Origin: Eubacteriales bacterium
GTDB lineage: Bacteria > Bacillota > Clostridia > Oscillospirales > CAG-272
DNA length: 64,000 nt
Assembly: GCA_031549925.1 (NCBI GenBank)
Contig: JAVBPA010000033.1
Span: forward strand, 13,498-77,497
Direction: 5' to 3'
Shown here piece after piece: positions 50,469 through 59,844 of the stretch (position 1 is its first letter; the number at the start of each line of letters is the position of its first letter). A program made the position numbers and the translations under genes. Under the pieces are notes generated by a model that had not been told where the DNA came from, searched no databases, and was given only the letters and a program-made list of their open reading frames with translations.

Positions 50469-51332
50469 TTAGTATACTATTTCGCTTATTATTTCATAGG
50501 GGACTTTATTTTTTTCTGCGTATTTCTGTGCCGTGCTTCCTTTTGTTGTGTAGATTTTCGCATTAGGTGAATTGTAAAACAATCCTTCTCCGATTTCGGT
50601 AACTGTTGAAGGAATATACAGAGCGGTTAGGGAAGAACAAGCAGAATAAGCATATTCACTTATTTTTTTTATCTGCGGCGGTATTTTTACTTCTGTCAGA
50701 GCGGTGCAGCCGTAAAACATACGCGCGGTTATTTCTGTTGTGCTGGAAGCGAATACCACACTTTTCAAATTAGTACATCCTGAAAAAATATAATCTCCAG
50801 CCCGTATAATGTTTTCCGGAATAACAATCGTTTCAATTTGCGTGTCGGCAAGCGAATATTTTCCGAAATTTTCGAGTACCGCCGGAAGAACCACTTCTTT
50901 TAGCCCGCTTCCGCGAAGCGCTTCCAAACCAAAAGCCTTTACGCCGGGCATATTAAGAACCGTTAAGTTTTCGCATTTCGCGAAGGCTTTGTTGTCAATG
51001 TTTAAAACGGTCATAGGCAGAGTTACCGATGTAATGGTTGTGTTTCCGTAAAACGCGTTTTTACCTATACTGATAACCGGAACTCCTTCATATTTTTCAG
51101 GAACCGAAACTACAGCTCCTCCGCCGGTATAAGAAGTTATTTCCGCGTAATCAGCATAAACGTTATATATAAACGCTCCGTCTGTCGAAGTTGAAACAAG
51201 CCGGGCGTTATCCGGAAGCGGCGATGTTGTGGTAACAGACGCACTTTTTTTCTCTTCATCTTTGCATGATGCGAAACTTGTAAAAACCGTAAGCAATACC
51301 AAAAAAGATATGATAATTTTTATTTTACCCAT
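50469..51332 (-). CDS. BspA-type leucine-rich-repeat (LRR_5) lipoprotein
   Basis: Lipobox FASC; IG..AF..C..L..V.LP repeats; start codon uncertain. Confidence 0.85.
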   Translation of the reverse strand: MGKIKIIISFLVLLTVFTSFASCKDEEKKSASVTTTSPLPDNARLVSTSTDGAFIYNVYADYAEITSYTGGGAVVSVPEKYEGVPVISIGKNAFYGNTTITSVTLPMTVLNIDNKAFAKCENLTVLNMPGVKAFGLEALRGSGLKEVVLPAVLENFGKYSLADTQIETIVIPENIIRAGDYIFSGCTNLKSVVFASSTTEITARMFYGCTALTEVKIPPQIKKISEYAYSACSSLTALYIPSTVTEIGEGLFYNSPNAKIYTTKGSTAQKYAEKNKVPYEIISEIVY

Positions 51333-51672
51333 TATTAAATTTAAGCTACCTCCGAATAAAAACATATATAAACCGTACTATAATGGATTCGTAATTTTTA
51401 TAAAATACCGATTGTTATTATTCTACACTTTTATTTTTATTTTTTCAATAATAAACTGTAAAATAAAACAAAGCTTGTAAACATTAATGATAAAATAATT
51501 ATGTGAGGCGAAAATCTTACAAATATTATGTTAAATATGGAATTATTTTTTTAAAGTACTTGAAATTTTTAATATACTATTATATAATTGTAGACAACCC
51601 TAGCAAAAATTATTAATAAATAAGGAGCATCCAATAACTCTCTTATTTTGAAAGAAAGGAAAACAAAAAACT

Positions 51673-52620
51673 ATGAAAAAGATCACAGCGTTTGCATTAG
51701 TTTTGTTTATGATTTTTTCTATTGCGGCATGTACCGGTAAAAGCGGAGATCTTACTATAACAACAGGCGGAACAGGAGGATCATATTATCCTCTCGGCGG
51801 CGCAATGGCGACTATTTTTAATGATAATATAGAAGATATCAATGTTACTTCAAACTCCTCGGGCGCTTCTGTCGAAAATGCCCGCCTGCTTAATAAGAAA
51901 GAAGCGGATTTTGCTATATTACAAAACGATGTTCTTGATTATGCATACAACGGAATAGAATTATTTAAAGATGACGAACCTCTTAAAAATTTAGCGGCTA
52001 TCGCATCATTATATCCCGAGGTTATCCAAATAGTAGTTGCGGCTGACAGCGGAATAAATTCCATTGAAGATTTAAAAGGCAAAAAAATATCGGTAGGCGA
52101 CAGCGGAAGCGGAACAGAAGCAAATGCACGCCAGATACTCGATATATACGGAATTTCCTACACGGATTTCAGTGTTAACTATCTTTCATTTGCCGAATCA
52201 TCAACAGGCGTACAAAATATGACTCTTGACGGATTTTTCTGTACAGCCGGAGTTCCGAATCCCTCTATCATAGAACTCAATACCGCGCGTAAAATTAAAA
52301 TACTTTCCCTTTCAAGTGATAAATCCGACGCTTTGATTGCAAAATATCCTTATTATTCGAAATATACAATTGAAAACAACGTTTATGATAATGTTGCTCT
52401 TGCGGATACTGTTGCGGTAAAAGCTACGTTTGCCTGCCGTGCGGATCTTGATGAAACTACGGTATACAATATCACAAAGACATTATTTGAAAAACAAGCG
52501 GATCTTGCCGCAGCAAACGAAAAAGCTTCCGGCATAAGCACGGATAAAGCTCTTGACGGTGTATCAATACCCCTGCATCCGGGAGCAGAAAAATATTATA
52601 AAGAAATCGGAATAAAATAA
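51673..52620 (+). CDS. TAXI family TRAP transporter solute-binding lipoprotein
   Basis: TGGTGGSYYPLG, GASVEN, LYPEVIQ, GSGTE, PLHPGA. Confidence 0.92.
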   Translation: MKKITAFALVLFMIFSIAACTGKSGDLTITTGGTGGSYYPLGGAMATIFNDNIEDINVTSNSSGASVENARLLNKKEADFAILQNDVLDYAYNGIELFKDDEPLKNLAAIASLYPEVIQIVVAADSGINSIEDLKGKKISVGDSGSGTEANARQILDIYGISYTDFSVNYLSFAESSTGVQNMTLDGFFCTAGVPNPSIIELNTARKIKILSLSSDKSDALIAKYPYYSKYTIENNVYDNVALADTVAVKATFACRADLDETTVYNITKTLFEKQADLAAANEKASGISTDKALDGVSIPLHPGAEKYYKEIGIK

Positions 52621-52621
52621 T

Positions 52622-53167
52622 TTGGCTTCGATAAAACGGAAAACAATCCGTTCAGCGGTTATTATAATAATAATTGTTGCCATTTTTATCGCTGCTCTAT
52701 CAATACCGGTGACGTCTAGAATGGTGATAATCCACGACGGCGTCACCGTATTATCATTTAATGCGGAAAATGGAAGCAAGTTTATAATTCGCTATTGTCA
52801 TTCTGTTAACCGTTCCGATGTTTCGGATACAATCGAAATAACCGGAAATACATTAACCGTCCGTTCATCGCTGTTTTCATCATTCGGAGCGGGAATTCCT
52901 GTCGCGGATGATAAAGCGGGAGAAATTATCACAGTAACAGAAGAGGGACTTTTGCTGTCGGGAATTGATATGGAATATCCTTTTATATCGCTTTATTGCG
53001 GTTCGTTTGCCAATCACCGGATTATTGCAGAAAACCAGGAATACAATTTAAGCGATATCTTCGGCGTTTTGGAACGAATTGAAATAAAGATCAAAAAAAT
53101 AAGCATTTATAGCTATATTATGTCAAATTGGAGAAGAAATACCTATGCCAAAAATGAAGAAAAATAA
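52622..53167 (+). CDS. DUF1850 protein of TAXI-TRAP operon
   Basis: F.I.Y.HSV, FGAGIP; lies between the TAXI SBP and permease; TTG start uncertain. Confidence 0.78.
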   Translation: MASIKRKTIRSAVIIIIIVAIFIAALSIPVTSRMVIIHDGVTVLSFNAENGSKFIIRYCHSVNRSDVSDTIEITGNTLTVRSSLFSSFGAGIPVADDKAGEIITVTEEGLLLSGIDMEYPFISLYCGSFANHRIIAENQEYNLSDIFGVLERIEIKIKKISIYSYIMSNWRRNTYAKNEEK

Positions 53168-55400
53168 AACGGACAATATAAAAAATAAACCGGACAAACC
53201 GGAAGTAAAAATTGATACACAGAGTATGACGGAAGAAGAAATTTCCAAATTGCAATCTCAGCTTGATGCCGAAGAAGTTTTGCGTAAATATGACCGTGAA
53301 TCGGCAACACGTGATAAACTTCCGAAACCTCTTACCTTTATTATTGGGATTATTCTCGCGGTTTTTTCAGTATTCCAGCTTTATACAACGGTATTTACAA
53401 TTCCGTCCCGCCTTTTAAGGGTATTTCATCTTTTATTTGTATTGGTTTCTGTCTTTTTATTATATCCTGCCGCAAAGAACGGCCGGCGTGACCGTGTTCC
53501 GTGGTATGACTGGTGTCTTATCGGAATAACTTTGATTGTTATGCTTTATATTCCGCTGCGGTATGATTATGTTATATCAAATATAGGTAACTATGGAATA
53601 ATTGAGACAATCATCGGTGTTGCCGGTATATTGCTTGTTGTAGAAGCATGCCGGAGATGCGTCGGTATTCCGATAATAATAGTTGTAGGTGCGTTTTTGT
53701 TATATTCTTTATTCGGTAATCTGGTTCCCGGAACATTTGGACACCGCGGATATTCGTTTGCCAGAGTTGCGAGCCACATGTTCTTTACGACAGAAGGAAT
53801 ATTCGGAACTCCGCTGGGAGTATGCGCTACATTCATCTTTCTTTTTATTTTATTCGGAGCTTTTTTGGAAAAAACCGGTGTTGGAAAATTATTCATTGAT
53901 TTTTCGAACGCAATTGCGGGTAAATATTCCGGAGGTCCCGCTAAAGTAGCCGTTATCGCAAGCGCTTTGCAGGGAACAGTATCAGGTTCTTCCGTCGCAA
54001 ATACTGTAGGAACAGGATCTTTTACCATCCCCTCAATGATTAAACTTGGATATAAGCGTGAATTTGCGGGGGCAGTGGAAGCTGCCGCTTCTACGGGAGG
54101 ACAAATAATGCCGCCCATAATGGGAGCTGCCGCTTTCTTAATGTCGGAAATAACAGGATATAAATACAGTGAAATTATATTGGCGGCAATAATACCGGCT
54201 ATATTATATTTTACCGGGGTTTTGATTTCTGTTCATCACGAAGCTAAAAAAAATAATTTGACAGGTATGCCCAAAGACACGATCCCGGGTTTTATTTCAA
54301 TTATACGCGAGAGAGGACATTTGATTCTTCCGCTTGTGTTTATAATATATATCCTTTCTATAGGGATGACACCGGCTTATGCGGCTCTCGGAGCAATACT
54401 AACTGCTCTTATGACATACAGTTTAAAATATTGGTCTTTTATTCCATCAATTTTCATTGTGATCGGCTTCCAAATTGGAATGAAAATTCAGATGTGTTCT
54501 CTTATAGCAATTGGAATATGGTTTTTTATTTGTATAATTCGTATGATTGTTACAGGGAAAAATGTTTCCGGTTCTGCAGTTTCTTTTTCGAATTCGATGA
54601 AAGCTTCTGTTAACAAAGGACTTGGTTTTCCTCCTTCGGAAATTTATGAAGCGTTAAAAACCGGAGCTAAAGGTGTTCTTGCGGTTGCGGTCGCTTGTGC
54701 TATGGCAGGTATGATTGTGGGTTCGGTTACTCTTACCGGATTGGGAATGAAATTTGCGACAGGGCTCGCAAGTCTTGCAGGCGGTAATTTATATTTAATG
54801 CTGTTCTTTACCATGCTTGCTTCTCTTGTACTGGGAATGGGTGTTCCTACGACAGCCAATTACCTGATAACATCAACGATATGCGCTCCGGCTATAATAT
54901 CTATGCTCGTAAATATGGGGAATCTTGACGCTCCCACTAAAGCAATAACAATAAGCGCGCACTTGTTTGTTTTCTATTTCGGAATAGTTGCGGATATAAC
55001 ACCTCCCGTCGCTTTGGCGGCAATGGCGGGGGCTGCCATTGCTAAGGGCAATCCTTTTAAAACCGGTGTAAACTCCACCAAAATAGCAATAGCCGCTTTC
55101 ATTGTACCTTATATTTTTGTATTAAATCCTCAAATGCTTATGATTGATACCACACCTTTAGAGGTTATTTCGGTAATAATTACATCGGTTGTCGGTATGT
55201 ATGCGCTTTCAGGAGGACTCACTGGATTTATAATAGATAATAATAAATGGTATGAAACTATCTTGCTTATAGGCGGAGGACTCGCTTTGATACAACCTGG
55301 TATTATAACCGATATCATTGGTTTTTCCTGCGCAGCAGCAGTTATATTACTTCAATATTTCAGAAAAAAGGCAAAGAATACAAAAAAGATAATAGCTTGA
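53145..55400 (+). CDS. TRAP 4TM/12TM fused permease
   Basis: GGPAKVAV, GSSVAN, EAAASTGGQIMPPIMGA, LGMGVPTTA, ADITPPVALAA. Confidence 0.92.
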   Translation: MPKMKKNKTDNIKNKPDKPEVKIDTQSMTEEEISKLQSQLDAEEVLRKYDRESATRDKLPKPLTFIIGIILAVFSVFQLYTTVFTIPSRLLRVFHLLFVLVSVFLLYPAAKNGRRDRVPWYDWCLIGITLIVMLYIPLRYDYVISNIGNYGIIETIIGVAGILLVVEACRRCVGIPIIIVVGAFLLYSLFGNLVPGTFGHRGYSFARVASHMFFTTEGIFGTPLGVCATFIFLFILFGAFLEKTGVGKLFIDFSNAIAGKYSGGPAKVAVIASALQGTVSGSSVANTVGTGSFTIPSMIKLGYKREFAGAVEAAASTGGQIMPPIMGAAAFLMSEITGYKYSEIILAAIIPAILYFTGVLISVHHEAKKNNLTGMPKDTIPGFISIIRERGHLILPLVFIIYILSIGMTPAYAALGAILTALMTYSLKYWSFIPSIFIVIGFQIGMKIQMCSLIAIGIWFFICIIRMIVTGKNVSGSAVSFSNSMKASVNKGLGFPPSEIYEALKTGAKGVLAVAVACAMAGMIVGSVTLTGLGMKFATGLASLAGGNLYLMLFFTMLASLVLGMGVPTTANYLITSTICAPAIISMLVNMGNLDAPTKAITISAHLFVFYFGIVADITPPVALAAMAGAAIAKGNPFKTGVNSTKIAIAAFIVPYIFVLNPQMLMIDTTPLEVISVIITSVVGMYALSGGLTGFIIDNNKWYETILLIGGGLALIQPGIITDIIGFSCAAAVILLQYFRKKAKNTKKIIA

Positions 55401-55492
55401 TTTATTATTTAACAGCTTTATTTTTATAAATAATTCCACTATAACAGAAAGCAGGTATATTAAAAATTAAATAAAAAGGCAGGTAAAAAATT

Positions 55493-56935
55493 ATGTACAA
55501 AAAAGTTACGGCTGTTTTTATAATATTAGTAATGCTTTACTTAACTGTTTCTGGTTGTGCTGATAATAAAAAAGAGCAGTTACAGCAAAGCACAGTCGCG
55601 GAAGAATCGGGGCAATCTGAAATATTGTCAGATAATCTTCCGGAATTTAATTTCGAAGAACACACATTTAAAATTTTGGTTCGTAATTCCGATGAATCCG
55701 TATCCGATGTTTGGGCAGAAGAATCAAGCGGTGATTTGATGGAAAACGCTATATACAACCGAAATTTAAAAATAAGTGAGCGTTTTAATATATCCATCGA
55801 AGCTATTAGAAGTTCACATGATAATTATGAAACAGATGCTTTGAAATTGATTTTAGCAAACGATGATGTTTATGATTTAATTTGTCCTCATGCCCGGGCC
55901 GCATTTGTATACGCAATGGAGAGAACTTTGCTCGAATGGAATACAGAGCTTGAATATGTTGATCTTGATAAACCTTGGTGGGCGCAGGATGCGAAGGAAA
56001 ATTTATCTGTTGCCGGAAAGCTATATTGTATGACGGGAGATATAAGCTTCGTAAACTTCGGTATGGCAACATGTATGGTTTTTAACAAGAATTTATTCGC
56101 AAATTCTAATATAGCAGCTCCGTATGACGATGTACGCAGTAATAAATGGACTTTTGACAAATTCAACGAAACTATAAAAATGGGTTTTATAGACTTAAAC
56201 GGAAACGGTAAAACGGATATTGAAGTGGATCAATTCGGATATATGACCGGTTGGTGGGGAGGTCCGATACAAGTTTTATACAGTGCAAACGAACGTACCG
56301 TTAAAAAAGATGAATCTGACATACCTTATCTGTCTTTAAACAATGAGCGTGTTATAGATTTGTATGAAAAATATTTTAATATGGTCAGCAATGATTACGC
56401 ATACCAAATAGTCTCCGATTCCAGCGATGAGGCAAAAAACGCATTTAAATCAAACAAATTGTTAATATGGGATATTGTTTTTCGGGATATTATATCTTTA
56501 CGTGATATGGAAGTTGATTTTGGTATTATTCCTTGGCCGATGTATGATGAATCTGTCGGAAAATATTATAGTAATGTAAATGCTTTCAGCCCTCTGTATA
56601 TCGTTCCGGTTACAGCTTCTGATCCGAGCCGCACAAGCGTTATACTTGAGGCATTGGCTTTTGAAAGTCATATTTCAGTTATTCCTACATACTATGAAAC
56701 AGCTTTGAAAACAAAACATACGCGGGATAATGAATCTGCCGATATGCTTGATATCATAAAAGACGGAAAACTCTACGATTTCGGCTATTATACTGATGCC
56801 GTCGGTATATTTAGCAGTACAGGCAGGCTTTTGGCGGAGATGACTTCAAAAGATTTTGCATCTTTTTATTCGAAAAATGAAAGAGCTTCACTAAAAACAC
56901 TAGAAAAATTCGTGAAAATATTCACAAATGAATAA
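55493..56935 (+). CDS. Orphan extracellular solute-binding lipoprotein, paralogue 3
   Basis: Lipobox VSGC; LDKPWW, DLNGNGK, DFGIIPWP, RDNESADMLD. Confidence 0.82.
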   Translation: MYKKVTAVFIILVMLYLTVSGCADNKKEQLQQSTVAEESGQSEILSDNLPEFNFEEHTFKILVRNSDESVSDVWAEESSGDLMENAIYNRNLKISERFNISIEAIRSSHDNYETDALKLILANDDVYDLICPHARAAFVYAMERTLLEWNTELEYVDLDKPWWAQDAKENLSVAGKLYCMTGDISFVNFGMATCMVFNKNLFANSNIAAPYDDVRSNKWTFDKFNETIKMGFIDLNGNGKTDIEVDQFGYMTGWWGGPIQVLYSANERTVKKDESDIPYLSLNNERVIDLYEKYFNMVSNDYAYQIVSDSSDEAKNAFKSNKLLIWDIVFRDIISLRDMEVDFGIIPWPMYDESVGKYYSNVNAFSPLYIVPVTASDPSRTSVILEALAFESHISVIPTYYETALKTKHTRDNESADMLDIIKDGKLYDFGYYTDAVGIFSSTGRLLAEMTSKDFASFYSKNERASLKTLEKFVKIFTNE

Positions 56936-56985
56936 AAAATAAGGTTTTAACAAAGTTTACACAAATAATAAAACTTAAAAAACAT

Positions 56986-57020
56986 GCTGCGGTAATTTGT
57001 ATTTTACCGCAGCTTTTTTT
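56986..57020 (+). terminator. Intrinsic terminator
   Basis: GCTGCGGTAA-tttgtattt-TTACCGCAGC followed by T7. Confidence 0.85.
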
Positions 57021-57150
57021 AGCTTTTCCGATAGCAGTATAAAGGGGAAAATTTACAAATTAATTTGATGTAAAGAATAAGAAACGGAATATATTTTTTA
57101 TAATGAAATATCTATAGCTGAATTTTTGTTATTAAAAATCATTTTTTCTA

Positions 57151-57203
57151 TTGACATAAGTAGATAATCTATGTATAATGATAAGTAGATAATCTACGTA
57201 TAA
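57151..57203 (+). promoter_or_regulatory. sigmaA promoter overlapped by two dyad operators (probable PadR autorepression)
   Basis: TTGACA 57151-17 bp-TATAAT 57174; ATAAGTAGATAATCTAYGTATAA at 57156 and 57181, each with TAGAT-A-ATCTA. Confidence 0.8.
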
Positions 57204-57216
57204 AGAGGTAATAAAT

Positions 57217-57564
57217 ATGGCTAAAGAAAATAATGCGGCGTCTGGAAACATATCAATGTTAATATTAAAATTGCTCGAAGAAAAAGATATGTACGGCTAT
57301 CAGATTATAGAAGAGCTCGCCCGCCGGTCGGAAAATGTTTTTCATTTAAAAACAGGAACTCTGTATCCGATTTTGCATAACCTTGAAAACGAAGGAATAG
57401 TTCTTTCTTACGAAGAAAATGCCGATAATCAGCGTGTGCGGAGATATTATCAATTAACAAGTCATGGCAGGGGACTGCTTGCAAAAAAGCAATTTGAATG
57501 GAGAGAATATACAAAAGCCGTAAACAGGATAATGGAAAGAGGTACAAATTATGTTCTCGCATGA
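57217..57564 (+). CDS. PadR family transcriptional regulator
   Basis: LILKLL...DMYGYQII, GTLYPILH.LE..G, RRYYQLT..G. Confidence 0.92.
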   Translation: MAKENNAASGNISMLILKLLEEKDMYGYQIIEELARRSENVFHLKTGTLYPILHNLENEGIVLSYEENADNQRVRRYYQLTSHGRGLLAKKQFEWREYTKAVNRIMERGTNYVLA

Positions 57565-58935
57565 TTTGATAGAAGAATACACAAACACCATTTGTCAGCA
57601 AATACGGTGGAAAAAAGCGCGTTTCCGTGTATCTGAAGAAATGACAAACCATATAGTTGATTTGCGGGATTTATATATGGAGCAGGGAACAGACGAGGAA
57701 ACCGCGACAAAAAAAGCTATTGCGGAAACCGGTGACGCTGTAACTATAGGTATACAGTTCGACAGGATTCATCGGCCGAAACTTCAATGGGGAATGCTTT
57801 TAGCTACGGCAATACTTTTAATTTTTGGTATTTTAGTAAGGCTTTTTATTTTCAATGATGAAGATAGAATCGGTTTAATTTCTATCAGATTGATTTGCAC
57901 GGGAATAGGTATTGCGGGTTTGTTAGCAGCGTATTTTACCGATTTCACAATAATAGGTAAATACCCTAAAATAACATATATTAGTATTACTTCGGTTTCG
58001 ATTATATTGATCATTTTATCTCGTAAAATAAACAGCATGAAATTTTATGCCGGGTATGTTCAATATATTGTTTTGCTTTTTCCTCTGGCTTTTTCGGCAA
58101 TTGTCTTTGTTTTAAGGAACAAAGGATATTTAGGTATTATTTTATGCGGATTGGTTTATACATTTTCTTGTTATGTTGCGTTTTATATTTCGTCAATATC
58201 GGGTTTATTGCATTTTCTAATAATCGGAACAACGATTTTATTAATAGCAATTTATAAAAAATGGTTTGGACTTAAAAAAATATATGGATTTTTAGTTTTT
58301 ATTCCCTCTGTTTTGATGACATGCTTGCTTTTTCTACAACTTCAATCATACGGAGCATGGGAACGTTTAAAAATTATTTTTAATCCTGCCTCAGATCTTC
58401 TCGGTGCCGGTTATATAGTAATGATGATAAAGAAATTAATAAACGGAGCAGTTTTTTTGGCAGAGGAAATATCCCCGAAGAATATTTAACCAAACTTCTA
58501 GAACCTTATCCGTTTTATTATTCGGAGCTTTTACTGACAGCTTTAATATCGCTTTTAGGTTGGATTGCATTTATCGTTATTTTAAGCGTTTTATTATTTT
58601 TCGCAATAAAAGGATTTATACTCTGCTTCAAACAAAAAAGCAGTTTAGGGTTATTTGTTTCCTTTGCGATTATGATGACTTTTTGTATGCAGGTTTTTAC
58701 TTATGTAGTATATAATCTTGGTTTTTTCTTTATTACTCCGATTTCACTTCCCCTTATTTCATATGGAAATACGGCAATGATAATTAATCTTGTTTTAATC
58801 GGTTTTATGCTTTCGGTATTTCGGACAGGTGATGTCGTAAGAGACAAAAAATATCCGGATATTTTGAAAAACAATAATTTTATATCTTGGTCTGACGGAA
58901 AATTAACATTCAACTTTAAATTTAAAACACAATAA
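57551..58935 (+). pseudogene. FtsW/RodA/SpoVE (SEDS)-like membrane protein with permease-prefix domain, split by a frameshift at T7 (58452-58458)
   Basis: N-terminal EEM..HI.D....Y...G....A...AI...GD; adding one T gives AVFFGRG...LGW and runs in frame into 58672-58935 carrying LPLISYG. Confidence 0.8.
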
Positions 58936-58963
58936 ATAATAAAGAATAGATTTATAATAAAAC

Positions 58964-59024
58964 AAAAAAAGCTGCGGTATGTCAATTAAGTAATTAAAAA
59001 GACATAGGTTTCCGCAGCTTCTTT
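58964..59024. terminator. Bidirectional terminator
   Basis: A7-GCTGCGG...CCGCAGCTTCTTT with inner TATGTC/GACATA pairing, between convergent genes. Confidence 0.75.
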
Positions 59025-59085
59025 GATAGTATTACATTGCTAAATAAATAAGTAAACAATCTTAAAACAAAATAATAATATGTTT

Positions 59086-59844
59086 TTATGCTCCGCGTTT
59101 TTTTATCAATTTGGTGGAAAATTCCACGTCTTCATCTGATATTTCATATGATCCGCCGCTGTAACGCGCTCCTGTGTACAAATTACATAGCTTTTCTTGA
59201 TCAGCATCGGCAGAAAAAGCTTTTTTTAAATCCTCAACCGTTGTTACAGGACGGTATTTATATCCGGTTTTTATTAATTTTATAACGTATTTTATATATA
59301 AAAAGCGGATTTTTTCGGCATTTGTTTCGAGGTCTTTCCATTTTAATTGATTTTTTAAACTTAAAAAACGTCTGAAAAGATTGGTATTTTCAAGATCAAA
59401 TATAAAACTTTTTTCGTCTTTTCCGGAAACACGCTGTTTTTCAGGAATACCGAAAATTTTACGCAATTGTTTTGCTATTTTGTCAAGCGGAGATTTAATA
59501 TAACGTTCGACAAAACGGTTAAATCTCATTTTGAGTTCATTGCTGACAGTTTTGGGTATGAGTTTACGCAATGACAGAGCTAACAATAGCAGGCAAATTG
59601 TCATTACGATACAAACCAGCTGATAAGGATAACGCAAATTGGGATTATTTAATGTTTCCGGAGTTCTTCCTTTATAATAATATCTGCAAATAGACCATAA
59701 CTGAATTGAAACAGCAGAAGCGATAGCTCGTATTATACATTTCCGTATTACTTTTTTATCCCATGAATGGCGTTTCCAAACAGACAGACGTTCTTCGTTT
59801 GTATTCTTTGCTTTTTTTTCTTTATCCGGGCGCCATGGAGTCAT
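59086..59844 (-). CDS. Hypothetical 2-TM protein, third gene of MoxR operon (C-terminus DUF4129-like)
   Basis: Overlaps the DUF58 stop; IRFLY...LY..ARYS pattern. Confidence 0.65.
   Translation of the reverse strand: MTPWRPDKEKKAKNTNEERLSVWKRHSWDKKVIRKCIIRAIASAVSIQLWSICRYYYKGRTPETLNNPNLRYPYQLVCIVMTICLLLLALSLRKLIPKTVSNELKMRFNRFVERYIKSPLDKIAKQLRKIFGIPEKQRVSGKDEKSFIFDLENTNLFRRFLSLKNQLKWKDLETNAEKIRFLYIKYVIKLIKTGYKYRPVTTVEDLKKAFSADADQEKLCNLYTGARYSGGSYEISDEDVEFSTKLIKKRGA

Noticed and set aside
51618-51650. AATAAGGAG...CTCTCTTATT hairpin in the TAXI leader as a riboswitch
   Set aside because: Short imperfect stem with no recognisable aptamer; at most a 5' stabiliser
58672-58935. Independent 87-aa membrane protein
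   Set aside because: It is the in-frame C-terminal part of the frameshifted SEDS-like gene
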